Shown piece by piece: positions 8,391 to 18,673 of a DNA stretch of 64,000 nt (positions are counted from its first letter, which is position 1; each line of letters opens with the position of its first letter). Source of the stretch: a virus (taxonomy: Duplodnaviria > Heunggongvirae > Uroviricota > Caudoviricetes); IMG/VR virus record IMGVR_UViG_2576861193_000004, positions 1-64,000 of that record. One strand, 5' to 3'. The translations under genes were made by a program, and so were the position numbers. The notes under the pieces were generated by a model. The model ran no database searches. It had not been told where the DNA came from and was given only the letters and a program-made list of their open reading frames with translations.

Positions 8391-11300
8391 ACTTATTTAT
8401 TGTCTCCGCGATATCAGCCAGAATGGCCTCCAGTCGCTCTCCTTCTTCCGGTCGGAAGTACAGGATATTCGGGTTAAATCCGTAGAAGACGGTTGCATCA
8501 AGCTCTGGGAAGTACTCCTTACGACCAATCAGATCTGATGGTTTACTCTTATTGTTAAATAGTGCGGTTGAACGACTACCACACGTCAAAATGTAGGTTG
8601 GTCGTACAAGATTAATTTCTTCCCGCATAAAGTCTGTGAACTGGCCTATCTCGTCTTTGGTATAGTCTTTCTCTTTGTCCTTAACCTTCTTACAAACACC
8701 CGTGACATAAAGATCGCCCATGCGCAGATCTCCAACTGTCAGTAGTTTTGCCTTAAAGTCGTCGTATCCGTTCTCCATGAAGTAGCCGGTACGAGCGTCA
8801 TTGCCGTTCGCATTGTCCAGAATGATCATGATTTTGGGTTTAATACCAATAGTCGGGCGTATCAACTCCTCACCCAAGCCCATTTCAGCCGCCATACGTG
8901 TCATGAGTACGTTGATTTCGGCAGAACGCTTAGGATTCATTTCGAACGGACGTGATGCTTTAACAGCGTCAATGATGAGATTGCCCATCAGCTCAGCCTG
9001 GTCGCGCAGTCGTTCAGGATCAGTTGCTGGCAGACTGCCTGGCTCAATTGACGCAAAAGCCCCTACTTTATGAAGCGACTCGCGTACACGACTGTTACAT
9101 GCACGCTTCTCGACCGCTTCATCGAATTGTGCCACTGACTCGAATTTGCCACCAACTTTCTCACGCGCACGCATAATTGCCTGACAACCATTTTCAGAAC
9201 AGCCTTTCACAGCAGAGAATGGCGCATACAGTGCCTGACTGCCGTCTTCGAGTGTGCGGATCTCAATTCGGTTAGATGACACATTAACGTCTGGTGGCAA
9301 TACGCGAATGCCATAGGTCAGCGCATCCTTCACCAGCCCCTGATGCTTATCCTCGCCCAGAATGGTGAGCGCAGCTGCGAAGAACTCAGCAGGGTAGTGC
9401 GTCTTTAGCCACATAGACTGATAACTGATTAAAGAATAAGCAACGGAGTGTGATTTATTGAAGGCATATCCACCGAACTTCTCAAAGGCGTCCCATATTT
9501 CTTGGGCTTTTTCCTTACTGAGACCTTCTTGTTCAGAGACGATCTCCACGTAGTCTATGCCGTCACTAATAGCCTCGCTGTAGCTTCTACGCTTACCGTC
9601 TGAGCAATCCAGTTTTGCGTGTTTGTGAACCTCTACAGTACCTCCATTTTTGAGTGACAGTGTCACCCAGCCTGCTTGTGCTCGTTCTACAAAATCGCTG
9701 CCGATCGCTTTCATCTTATCCATGTTCTTTTTACCGATAGCGGAACGCAGAGCGTCTGCTTCGGCCATAGAGAACCCGGCAAGTACTCGGGAACTTTGCA
9801 TGATTTGTTCCTGATAGAGCAAAACACCATTAGTCTCCCGGGTGACTTCCTCAAGACGCGGATGAATTGAATGTGGAGCCATGAAGCCTTTGGCCACGGA
9901 GACATAGTCGTCCAACATGCCGGATTGGATCGGGCCAGGTCGGAAGAGTGCGGTCGTGGCGACAACGGTTTTAAAGCTCATTGGCTCAATGCCACCGCCT
10001 AGATCTTTAAGCAGCTTGCGCATGGGGCCGGACTCCAGCTGGAATACGCCCTGTGTATACCCTGCAGCAAAACCATCCAGCACCTTGCGATCTTCAAGAG
10101 AAATGGCATCAAGATTGATATCTTCACCTGTGTTCTCTTTTATGTAGCGTTTTGCACTATCGAGCAAATCGAGAGTTGCCAGGCCAAGCACGTCCAGCTT
10201 AATTAGGCCCATAGCCTCGCAGTAACGCTTATCAAATGCGATACAACGCGCGTCACCACGGCGCTCAACCGGTGTACGTTCTGTCAGAGGAACACCTGCT
10301 ACAATCATCCCTGCCGCATGTCTACCAAAGCCACGCATAAGGCTTTGTAACTTGCAGGCTGCATTGAATGCATCAGGATATTTTGTTGCGTATTTGTCGA
10401 GACTTGCCAGTTGTTCGCGCAGCTCTTCCAATGGAAGGCTATCATCCTCGACGTTCTTCAGTTCTTTTGATACCGCCATATCTGCGGACTCCACACCATA
10501 AATACGAGCGGTGTCACGTAGTGCAGAGGCTGCGCCCAGGTAGGTGAAGTTCGGAATGCCTGCAACGTAATCTTCGCCGTAGCGTTCATTCAGATACTCG
10601 ATCACCTCATGGCGACGTGCCTGGCTGAAGTCCAAATCCGCATCTGGCAAGTCGAGACGCTCAGGGTTGATGAAACGTTCAAACAGAAGACCGTGACGGA
10701 TAGGGTCGACGTTGGTTATGCCTATGCACCATGCCACCAAAGAGCCAGCGGAGGAACCACGACCAGGCCCGACAGGAATGCCAGTTTCACGGCTGTGATT
10801 CATCAGATCGCGTACCATCAGGAAGTAACCACAAAATCCCAGGCGAGTAAGCGTGTCCATTTCGTACTTAAGTCGCTCAACATAAACCCTGTTCTCAGAA
10901 GCCGGTGGTGTGTATCCAAACTCTTTTGTGGTAAGACGTTTACGCAGCCCTGCAACAGCCAGTTTCATCAGCGTTGCAGGTTCGTCGTCTGCCATCTTGG
11001 GCAGTGCTGGTGGCAATTCATGCCAGCGCCATGTACAGGCTTCGATAATGGAGTCCTGCGTTGTTGAGGCCATTGCAGCTGTTACCGGCACATCCATGCG
11101 AACGGAGAAGGCTTTAAGCGCCTCAAGGAGATGGCGGCGACCATTGACGGCGTTATCTCGCTGGTGGGGTATACGCAGACGATGCGGCTGGTCGATTTTT
11201 ATGTTGTTCGTAACCATGTGCGCAATGTCTTTAATGTCTGCATCGTCGATCGATTCGTAATAAGCGGGATAGAACGCTACTGGCTCTATTTTCAGTGCGC

Positions 11301-11895
11301 TGGCTACTTTCATCGCTCGGACGTTAATCTGGTCGTAGAATGGGGTAGGGTGCGGATAAACCACGCTATAGAAGTTGTCTTTCCCGCCCGCTGTAATCAG
11401 TGAGCTTATGATTTTTGCAAAATCGTTGCGTTGGAACACGCTACCGATGTCGGAAGTGAGCAGGATGATGTTGCCTTTGGCATATGTAGAAACCAACTGT
11501 TCGAGCGAGAGACGCGGTACAAAGTAGAACTGTTCTCGTGTGTTGGCCACCGTCATTAGTTCGCAGATGTCGCGATATCCTTGCTCATTTTTAATTAGAG
11601 CGGTAAACGAGTAGTTACGTCCCCGCTCTAATGATTCCATACATCTCATAGATTCTTTAGCAAGTTTAGCCCGGTGCTCGTATGTGGGATCATCAACGAT
11701 ATTTAGTTTCACACCACAAATAACCGCCATGTCGTCACCAGCGGCACGTTGTAGTGGAATAACACTCGCAATATTCATGCTATCTGCTGAAATTACAGCG
11801 GTGTAGCCAGCTTCTCTGGCAATCTTCACCGCGTTTTCTGCTTTTAGAGCCGACTCCCCAAGTGAGAAGTCAGTTCGAACCATCAGTGCTTTCAT
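8389..11895 (-). CDS. dnaE: DNA polymerase III alpha subunit (DnaE-type replicative polymerase)
   Basis: 1168 aa; N-terminal PHP-like region, polymerase core motifs (e.g. GYAFNKSHSVAYSLISYQSMWLKTHYPAEFFAA) and a C-terminal OB-fold region aligning by eye with E. coli DnaE. Confidence 0.9.
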   Translation of the reverse strand: MKALMVRTDFSLGESALKAENAVKIAREAGYTAVISADSMNIASVIPLQRAAGDDMAVICGVKLNIVDDPTYEHRAKLAKESMRCMESLERGRNYSFTALIKNEQGYRDICELMTVANTREQFYFVPRLSLEQLVSTYAKGNIILLTSDIGSVFQRNDFAKIISSLITAGGKDNFYSVVYPHPTPFYDQINVRAMKVASALKIEPVAFYPAYYESIDDADIKDIAHMVTNNIKIDQPHRLRIPHQRDNAVNGRRHLLEALKAFSVRMDVPVTAAMASTTQDSIIEACTWRWHELPPALPKMADDEPATLMKLAVAGLRKRLTTKEFGYTPPASENRVYVERLKYEMDTLTRLGFCGYFLMVRDLMNHSRETGIPVGPGRGSSAGSLVAWCIGITNVDPIRHGLLFERFINPERLDLPDADLDFSQARRHEVIEYLNERYGEDYVAGIPNFTYLGAASALRDTARIYGVESADMAVSKELKNVEDDSLPLEELREQLASLDKYATKYPDAFNAACKLQSLMRGFGRHAAGMIVAGVPLTERTPVERRGDARCIAFDKRYCEAMGLIKLDVLGLATLDLLDSAKRYIKENTGEDINLDAISLEDRKVLDGFAAGYTQGVFQLESGPMRKLLKDLGGGIEPMSFKTVVATTALFRPGPIQSGMLDDYVSVAKGFMAPHSIHPRLEEVTRETNGVLLYQEQIMQSSRVLAGFSMAEADALRSAIGKKNMDKMKAIGSDFVERAQAGWVTLSLKNGGTVEVHKHAKLDCSDGKRRSYSEAISDGIDYVEIVSEQEGLSKEKAQEIWDAFEKFGGYAFNKSHSVAYSLISYQSMWLKTHYPAEFFAAALTILGEDKHQGLVKDALTYGIRVLPPDVNVSSNRIEIRTLEDGSQALYAPFSAVKGCSENGCQAIMRAREKVGGKFESVAQFDEAVEKRACNSRVRESLHKVGAFASIEPGSLPATDPERLRDQAELMGNLIIDAVKASRPFEMNPKRSAEINVLMTRMAAEMGLGEELIRPTIGIKPKIMIILDNANGNDARTGYFMENGYDDFKAKLLTVGDLRMGDLYVTGVCKKVKDKEKDYTKDEIGQFTDFMREEINLVRPTYILTCGSRSTALFNNKSKPSDLIGRKEYFPELDATVFYGFNPNILYFRPEEGERLEAILADIAETINK

Positions 11896-12075
11896 GTGTT
11901 TTTACCTTTATGGTTTTTTTGATTTTGTCATTGGGGAAGCCTACGAACTTCCCATACATCGAAATCGCAACTTCTTTTGCTGATTGGTGACAATCGGGCT
12001 TGTCTGGACATACCAGACAAGCCTTACCAGTTTCAGAAGCAGCGATAAGAGAGCCGAAACATCCTTTACGCACGA

Positions 12076-13311
12076 TCAACCAAATATTTTTTGAACAACT
12101 TCACGAGCCGCTTGTGCAGAAGCTGAAGGGAGTTTGTTAATGAAAGAACGCTCAATACCTGTCACAAAGTCGCCTCGCATCATTCCAATCTTGGCCGACA
12201 ACAAAAGTTCACGAGGGCCAATTGGCTGACTGATAAGGTGTTCTTCGTATCCATCGCGAACGATACCGGCAAACTTAACCATCTTTTCTGCGTATTCATC
12301 CACGATACCGGCATTTATCAACATGTTGATCTCTGCCTCTTTGCTCATGTATTTCACATTCGAAACGATGCCAAAACGCGAAAAGTTCGCGGCGTTCTGG
12401 ATGTTTGTACCCTGGTACAAGCCGGTTTCATCACCAGATCCGTTCGTGTTGCCAGTGCCAATGAAAGCAAACCGTTCATGCGGAGTAATGCGACGCCATT
12501 CTGGAGTCGCCTCTTTGATGACCAACGCTTCACCTTCCAGCACTGGCTGATACACGCCAAGAATCTGTGGAAACGCAAAGTCGTATTCATCCGCGAGGTA
12601 AACCCAGCCATGCTTCATTGCGAGCGCAAGCAAGCCAGGCTCGAAATACGTAGAGCCATCACGCGCCAGAATTTGCCCCGTAACATGTGCCTCTTCCATT
12701 GATGCTGTATGTTGGGCACGGATCAACGGACGATTGAGCAAAGCACATAGTTGTGTAGGCAATGACGATTTGCCTGTTCCTGCATGACCCCACAAATAGC
12801 CAGGTATGCCAAGTTCAAGCATCATGAAAATATCTTTGATCAGTTCGAAGTCGCCATATACGTAGCCTTTCTTCACTTCGGGAACGAACTCTGGATACGG
12901 CGTATTGACGTTGACGCTAACCATGAGCGGCGTCCCACGTTTTGTTCCGAGTTCTTCCACCGTTACGTTTAGCAGTTCGTGAGCTGCGACCAGATCTGTC
13001 TTGTACTCAACTGTGCCTGTGTAGCCAGGGCTACTGGTCAAGCCAGAAGATTTGGCCATTTCGCTTTTTTGCTCGGCACGTTTAGCTTGAATTGCATCAA
13101 GTGCCTTTTTCGATAGCGTTGGTTCATCTGGAAACTGCGTTGTGTACATTTTCAGTACGGTGTCAGGATCGGCATCTTTTACTGACTCAGGAATGCCCTC
13201 GCAATTACCATTGGCTACATGGGACTTAAAATAGTGAAATGATTTTCCGCACCACTTGCAAACAAGGTAATCAGAAGGATTTTTTTCATTTTGCAGTGCA
13301 GTAGTAGTCAT
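12076..13311 (-). CDS. CobS-like MoxR-family AAA+ ATPase with N-terminal zinc-ribbon
   Basis: Walker A GHAGTGKS, Walker B VYLADEYD, sensor region FAFIGTGNTNGSGD; N-terminal CKWCGK...C. Confidence 0.8.
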   Translation of the reverse strand: MTTTALQNEKNPSDYLVCKWCGKSFHYFKSHVANGNCEGIPESVKDADPDTVLKMYTTQFPDEPTLSKKALDAIQAKRAEQKSEMAKSSGLTSSPGYTGTVEYKTDLVAAHELLNVTVEELGTKRGTPLMVSVNVNTPYPEFVPEVKKGYVYGDFELIKDIFMMLELGIPGYLWGHAGTGKSSLPTQLCALLNRPLIRAQHTASMEEAHVTGQILARDGSTYFEPGLLALAMKHGWVYLADEYDFAFPQILGVYQPVLEGEALVIKEATPEWRRITPHERFAFIGTGNTNGSGDETGLYQGTNIQNAANFSRFGIVSNVKYMSKEAEINMLINAGIVDEYAEKMVKFAGIVRDGYEEHLISQPIGPRELLLSAKIGMMRGDFVTGIERSFINKLPSASAQAAREVVQKIFG

Positions 13312-13406
13312 GCGTTTTTCCTTTGTTTTCTAATGAGCGTTCAACTTCTTATATAAATATATCATTATCTATCGTAAGTGGTTACTTATCGTTAAGGCTG
13401 TTTTGT

Positions 13407-15515
13407 TCACTTTAAAATGATACGAGATAGTTCAGTAACTACAGATGAACCAAGACTATCAACGCTCGTTACCAGGGCATGATTTGAGTAAAATCTCTCC
13501 GGTGCGTCAGTCATGATGCCAATTGCCATCAAATCAATGTCAGTCTGCGTTTCAATTTGCTTCGCAACCGAACGCAAATGAGCGTCAAAACCTCTCCCAA
13601 CAGCCCACGGCTCGCCATCGCTCAGAACAAGCATGATCTTCCTGTCCTCCATGCGACCGGAAAATAACGATGCAAGGCTGGCTATGCTTTCACCATCCAC
13701 GTTATTAAGAAGTGGGAATGTGTAGCCTACGCACCCCATACGTGAGCGAACTTCGCGAGAATTTACCTTTTCATTCCAATTTTTGATGATAGGTAGCATT
13801 AAAGATTCAAAGCGAGAGAACTCATACTTGACAGCCTTAAGTTCTCCTGCCGCCATATGACTACCAAATGTAGTGAAGCCGGTGATAATGTTGGGAACAT
13901 TTATTCGATCAAGGGCATCGGCGATGGTATATGCACTTGCAAGAGCCAATTGTATCGTTATACCCCTCATTGAACCTGATAAATCAATCACTTGTTGAAC
14001 ACAGGCGTTAACGGCTTTAGATTCTTCTTTTTTACGAAACACGCGATCATCATTCATTGCTAATCTGTAGATACTAGAACCATGAATGCGCCCCCGACGC
14101 TGGCCCGGTATAAACTGAACTCTGTTTCTGCTTGCTATTGCTCGCTCCAGGTCTTTTGCCAGCGTCGACGAAACACCTGACGAAAGATGCTTTTCAATAT
14201 ATTTGTCGAAGAGCTGGTTGCCTTCAGGAACGATGCGATAGCGGCTGATTGGACATCCTCCTAAATCAATATCGGAGAATGTTTTAATAAGCCGTTTGAT
14301 ATGGGCTTCTGCCTGATCAATCGAGCCGATGAAGTCGTATGAGCGATTGTATGGCCTGTATTCGCTTTTCGAGCTTTCTGTTAACTCGCTTTTAATCGTT
14401 TCGGATAGAGCATCTTCTGTCATGCCTCCGACTTCATCTTCTATGCTATCCAGCTCCTCTAAAGCCTCTTCCAGACTCATTTTTGACGGAGTTGGAATAT
14501 CTGAAGAGCCGTCTTCTGTCGTTTTTCTTTTTTCGTGGTCAGCGGTTAATGATTCTGACGCCGCGTTATCAGAAGCATCAGAATCTGATACCTCTTTATC
14601 ATTTTCTGTATCATCGAATATTGTTTCTGATGATTCAGAATTATCTGAATCATCGCTGTCGTTATTATCATGTTTGTGCTTACTGTGTGATTCTGATTTG
14701 ATAGATTTGTGATTATCTAACGCTGAGGGTGTCTCATGATCTTCGTTGTCTTCATTGTTTTCTCCAGAGGCATCCGTCTGGTCAGCGTCTGAAGGATCGG
14801 AAGTTTTTCCCGGAGCTGACTCCTTACCTTTGCTTTCACTTTCAGTGTCTTTGAGGATCTTAGCTATGGTCGCAGCCACCTTTACACAATCCTCGGTGCA
14901 AGACATGTTACGCACGGCCACATCGATACCATGTTCTTTTAATAATGAAATTGGTTTCTCAATGACAGGCCAATATTCATCCATGAAATCTACGAACGGT
15001 GCTTGGCCATCCCAGGCTCTTACAACCGGACAGAGAAAGAAGTTTAGAAAAAGCGCGCGCTGATCTTTGCCACAATAAGCAATAGCCTCTGAAGCCTTTG
15101 GTTTAAAGACTTTTTCGATTATAAGGCGCTGAGTTGCCATCAGATTACGTCTTGTTCCGTTAAAGATCTGACCCATTTTTCGCTCGATGAACACGTCTTC
15201 TAAGGCATTCCATAGCGACCAGGAAGGAACGCGTCCTTTTTCTCTCATTTTGTTGGACACACGAATATCGGTAAACAAAATGTGAGCAACCTCATGATCG
15301 AGAAATCCGCGCACAGCATTCATCAATGCCGGTGTTGCGTTATCCGGGATTGATGGGATGTTTACGAGAATTGGCTCTCCATCATCGTTATAGCGTACAT
15401 AAGCGTCGTCCCCTCGTTCTGCAACAGGGATGTTTTTACCTGAAAGGAGAGCGACTACTCGTTTTACACTGTCACGGAAGTCCTGAACCTCTTTGATGGA
15501 ACGTTTTTTAGACAT
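13407..15515 (-). CDS. CobT-like von Willebrand factor A (VWA) domain protein with long acidic disordered linker
   Basis: C-terminal VWA-like region (VIDLSGSMRG ... LVLSDGEPW); central 150-aa stretch extremely rich in D/E/S; gene immediately downstream of the AAA+ partner. Confidence 0.75.
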   Translation of the reverse strand: MSKKRSIKEVQDFRDSVKRVVALLSGKNIPVAERGDDAYVRYNDDGEPILVNIPSIPDNATPALMNAVRGFLDHEVAHILFTDIRVSNKMREKGRVPSWSLWNALEDVFIERKMGQIFNGTRRNLMATQRLIIEKVFKPKASEAIAYCGKDQRALFLNFFLCPVVRAWDGQAPFVDFMDEYWPVIEKPISLLKEHGIDVAVRNMSCTEDCVKVAATIAKILKDTESESKGKESAPGKTSDPSDADQTDASGENNEDNEDHETPSALDNHKSIKSESHSKHKHDNNDSDDSDNSESSETIFDDTENDKEVSDSDASDNAASESLTADHEKRKTTEDGSSDIPTPSKMSLEEALEELDSIEDEVGGMTEDALSETIKSELTESSKSEYRPYNRSYDFIGSIDQAEAHIKRLIKTFSDIDLGGCPISRYRIVPEGNQLFDKYIEKHLSSGVSSTLAKDLERAIASRNRVQFIPGQRRGRIHGSSIYRLAMNDDRVFRKKEESKAVNACVQQVIDLSGSMRGITIQLALASAYTIADALDRINVPNIITGFTTFGSHMAAGELKAVKYEFSRFESLMLPIIKNWNEKVNSREVRSRMGCVGYTFPLLNNVDGESIASLASLFSGRMEDRKIMLVLSDGEPWAVGRGFDAHLRSVAKQIETQTDIDLMAIGIMTDAPERFYSNHALVTSVDSLGSSVVTELSRIILK

Positions 15516-15613
15516 GGCTAATCCTTTGTTATGAAAACAAATTATTTACTAGTGTGTTTAATGTAGCACTGCGCGAACAGGGAACTAAGCCATTCGCGCA
15601 GGGAGAAGAGGGG

Positions 15614-15826
15614 TTAACAGATTCTGACGGCTAAAGACCCGGAGCCGGTATTGAGAAGCGTGAAGCGTTTGTTGTTAAGTTCGAATATAAATCCAGTTGT
15701 GTCATTCACACCAACCTGAATCTGCTCATTCGGTAGATCGGTGAGGATGTCAGCTACACACTCATCAGCTAATTTCTGTACGTGTCCGATCTCAAGAGCG
15801 ATTAGGCTGGAAATAGTGGTGTTCAT
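15614..15826 (-). CDS. hypothetical protein
   Basis: 70-aa ORF downstream of the VWA gene on the same strand; no motif. Confidence 0.35.
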   Translation of the reverse strand: MNTTISSLIALEIGHVQKLADECVADILTDLPNEQIQVGVNDTTGFIFELNNKRFTLLNTGSGSLAVRIC

Positions 15827-16077
15827 TCAATCAATCCATTCTAACTTATACTATGGTAAGGAATACTACTAAAATTTGTATCAATACTGAATACATTCAT
15901 ATCATATGCAAGTTGATTTTCTTACCTGTTTTGGGCTAATTTTTCTCCGTGCAATGGCCTTTAACCGGTCTTTTAAGTGCCTATCGAAAAAAATGATAAT
16001 AGCTTTACAACCCTAACCTTTGATGTAATATCGGTAAGCACTTACCAGAGAGAATTGAACGCGCAAAGGTTGTAACC

Positions 16078-16464
16078 ATGTCTGATAACAAGATTGAATT
16101 TATAGAAAGTCGCTACGCTGCTTTTATCGCAGGGTTGATTGAATCCTCACCTATGAGCCAGGCCCAGATAGCCAAAACAATTGGGTATAAAAACGCCAAC
16201 AACCTTTCTTTAATTAAAAGCGGCAAAATTCCTTTGCCTATCGATAAGGTTCGTCCGCTGGCGCTGGCACTGGGTATTGAGCCAAGTCGTCTTATGATGA
16301 TGGTGCTGGAAGAACGCCAACCCGAACTCGCAGCATTTTTATACAAAGAAGGCACTGCTCCTCTTAACGAGGACGAAAAACAGGTTCTTGCTGCATATAA
16401 CGAGCGATTCGGTAAAGAGAAAGGCGCATCACAAAAGGTTGTTGAGGCCATAAAGTCTCTATGA
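16078..16464 (+). CDS. XRE-family helix-turn-helix transcriptional regulator
   Basis: HTH segment MSQAQIAKTIGYKNANNLSLIKSGK; 128 aa; convergent with the recombinase gene. Confidence 0.7.
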   Translation: MSDNKIEFIESRYAAFIAGLIESSPMSQAQIAKTIGYKNANNLSLIKSGKIPLPIDKVRPLALALGIEPSRLMMMVLEERQPELAAFLYKEGTAPLNEDEKQVLAAYNERFGKEKGASQKVVEAIKSL

Positions 16465-17562
16465 AAAATTTACACGAATAAGCTCTGTTGATAGACGATC
16501 TCCCTTAAATTTGTGGTCAATTTCGTCTAAATCCGGTTGCTCTACGATTGATGCGATGTACGTCGAGAAACTTTCTAAGGCGTCTCGCATCTCGTCCATA
16601 TAATCGTGCCGGTCGTAGACCCGATCTATCCCCTCAAGACTGTGGTTCATGATTTTACGTGATACCTCCTGGCTTATGCCTAATGCTGGGAAGTAACTAC
16701 GCGCAGTACGGCGCAAATCTCGGGGTGTAAATGGCTCAAGCTCCATCAGTTCTGGTCGTTCCAGAATACGACGTAATGCCTGGGCTATTGCCACTTTAGA
16801 CATAGGAAGGTCTTTCCCGATTTTTTTATTCGAAGGCACGAGCCACTGGCTGTCTTTACCATATTCGAACAACTCTTCAATACAAGTGCGCATTAATGAG
16901 CTTAAAGGCAGAGAATGCTCACGGGCAGATTTGTTCCTCTTGCCTTGATTCCAAACCCCACGCTTAAGATTGAACTCACTTTTTTTAGCCCGCAGTACTT
17001 CGTCAGGTCGTCTTGCGGATACAAGACATAGCCTGGCAGCCCATTTTGTACCAGCACACACATTGAAGTAGTCCCATATATTCCAGAACACCCATACCTC
17101 TGCGTCGGTCAGCTTCCGCTCGCGAGGTGTGGGCTTTGCGCCACCGGCAACTTTGTTAAGTGACATATCGTTTAACGGTGACACGTCTATCATCCCCTGG
17201 AAGGCGCACCAGCTAAGGAACTGCTTCATCAGAGAGAAAACGCGGCGGCCCATAACAATTTTGCCATCCAGTATTAGTGGGTTGACCAGTTGGTTCACCA
17301 TGAACCTATTAATGTCACTTACTTTTACATCGGCAATGTGCGGCAAAACATGTATCAAAATACAATGAACAGCGATCTCTGGCCGACGTCTGGTTATCAG
17401 CAGAGATAAGCGAGTGAATAACATGAATGCGTCCGAGAATCTCATGTCATTGCTAACCTGCGAGATCATAACGGCCTGCATTTGAGATGCTCTTTCGAGA
17501 TACTCTATCGCCTCTTTTGAGGTGTTCTCCGCAGCGCGTGCTCTGTCAAAGCTATTTTTCAT
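16459..17562 (-). CDS. int: tyrosine site-specific recombinase (phage integrase family)
   Basis: Catalytic-domain residues in order: ARRPDEV (Arg), PRDLRRTA, MNHS, RVYDRHDY (Tyr). Could be an integrase or a multimer-resolution recombinase. Confidence 0.8.
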   Translation of the reverse strand: MKNSFDRARAAENTSKEAIEYLERASQMQAVMISQVSNDMRFSDAFMLFTRLSLLITRRRPEIAVHCILIHVLPHIADVKVSDINRFMVNQLVNPLILDGKIVMGRRVFSLMKQFLSWCAFQGMIDVSPLNDMSLNKVAGGAKPTPRERKLTDAEVWVFWNIWDYFNVCAGTKWAARLCLVSARRPDEVLRAKKSEFNLKRGVWNQGKRNKSAREHSLPLSSLMRTCIEELFEYGKDSQWLVPSNKKIGKDLPMSKVAIAQALRRILERPELMELEPFTPRDLRRTARSYFPALGISQEVSRKIMNHSLEGIDRVYDRHDYMDEMRDALESFSTYIASIVEQPDLDEIDHKFKGDRLSTELIRVNFS

Positions 17563-17660
17563 ATGACAATCACCGAGTTACGCCGATGCACTGTATAAGT
17601 AAACAGTATATTAGGCATAGATTCTTATAGGATCAAGAGTAAAAGTAACTCATTTTCAGC

Positions 17661-17693
17661 AATGATTCCATACATAGTAGGTATGGAATCATT
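17661..17693. repeat. perfect 13-bp inverted repeat AATGATTCCATAC / GTATGGAATCATT with 7-bp spacer
   Basis: Read directly; the right arm recurs as single copies at 19434..19446 and 20446..20458. Confidence 0.8.
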
Positions 17694-17772
17694 TTGACGT
17701 TGTTTTTTGAATTTTAAGGGAAATGGGAGTGAGTTTGGTGGGAATAAAAACGGCTCCTGTGAGCCGTTAAAA

Positions 17773-18018
17773 TCAGAGGGTGCTGACGTATGCAGCCAGT
17801 TCTGTGTATCCGCCAATCGGCTGGCCATCGATCAGCACCTGGGGGATAGTCTCTACCGGTTTACCAACAATTTCACTTAGTTTTTCCTTGTCGATACCGG
17901 CAGTGGTGATGTCGATGTACTCATAATCACCGTAGCCATGTCCCTTTAGTTGCTTCGCCAGCTCGACCGCACGTTTGCAGTATGAGCAGTTATCTCGTCC
18001 GTAGATAGTGATCGTCAT
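17773..18018 (-). CDS. glutaredoxin-like protein (NrdH/GrxA type)
   Basis: 81 aa with CSYC active-site motif near the N-terminus and glutaredoxin-length fold. Confidence 0.8.
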   Translation of the reverse strand: MTITIYGRDNCSYCKRAVELAKQLKGHGYGDYEYIDITTAGIDKEKLSEIVGKPVETIPQVLIDGQPIGGYTELAAYVSTL

Positions 18019-18365
18019 TGCTTTGCCTCATGCCACTTTTGCTTCAGGAGATAGCCTTCCAGGGGCCAGATTTGATCGATAGCATCTTTTCGAGCGTACT
18101 CGCGACCAACATCAAAGTTGAAGATTTCTGGTCTTACGCACGCAGATTTTCCCGTTACGGTATATCCATTTTTGAGAACCATAACGCAGAACGTTAAGAG
18201 TTTTAACGACTCATGACCTTTGTCGATATCTGTTTTTGAATTGTAAACAGAGATGAAGTTATCCCCGTGGCTGGCATCATATGCAGTGAAATAATGTTCA
18301 CTTTGAATGAGTTGTTCAATGTGTTCAGGGGTGACTTTTAGTGGTGTGTTATCTTTGCTGGTCAT
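18015..18365 (-). CDS. hypothetical protein
   Basis: 116-aa ORF whose stop overlaps the glutaredoxin start by 4 nt (coupled); no motif. Confidence 0.45.
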   Translation of the reverse strand: MTSKDNTPLKVTPEHIEQLIQSEHYFTAYDASHGDNFISVYNSKTDIDKGHESLKLLTFCVMVLKNGYTVTGKSACVRPEIFNFDVGREYARKDAIDQIWPLEGYLLKQKWHEAKQ

Positions 18366-18406
18366 TATTTCTTCCTACAAAGTTCGTAGACTTGACTCTT
18401 TCAGTT

Positions 18407-18438
18407 GCAAAAAAGGGGCCGAAGCCCCTTTGAATTTT
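18407..18438. terminator. bidirectional hairpin terminator candidate
   Basis: aggggcc-ga-agcccct stem flanked by an A-run upstream and T-rich sequence downstream. Confidence 0.5.
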
Positions 18439-18586
18439 GCGCTGAAAAAAAGTGTTGCTAGGATGTTAGCAAGCTATGGTTAAGAACGTCTGCCGTAATT
18501 GTCTATCACAGCGTTGAGCGGTCTGGTTTATGTTAGCGGAGTCTTAATCTGGGTGATTAAAAGGCCAAACCGCTCAACGCTGTGTC

Positions 18587-18673
18587 TGGCGGAGAGTAAT
18601 GGAATCGAACCATCATCGCTTGCGCAATGGGACGGTTTTCAAGACCGCTTGAGCACCATGCTCCCTACTCTCC
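18587..18673 (-). tRNA. tRNA-Ser: tRNA-Ser (anticodon UGA), type II with long variable arm
   Basis: Manual fold of the reverse complement: 7-bp acceptor stem GGAGAGT/ACTCTCC, discriminator G, encoded CCA, T-loop TTCGATT, anticodon loop CTTGAAA. 87 nt. Confidence 0.8.

Noticed and set aside
8392-9018. Possible uracil-DNA-glycosylase-like domain fused to the C-terminus of the polymerase
   Set aside because: The segment (KIMIILDNANGNDARTGYF...YVTGVCKKV) aligns by eye with the OB-fold region of E. coli DnaE (IGICTLDDRSGRLEVMLF...IVSGQV), so it is the normal C-terminal OB/tau-binding region rather than a fused glycosylase domain.
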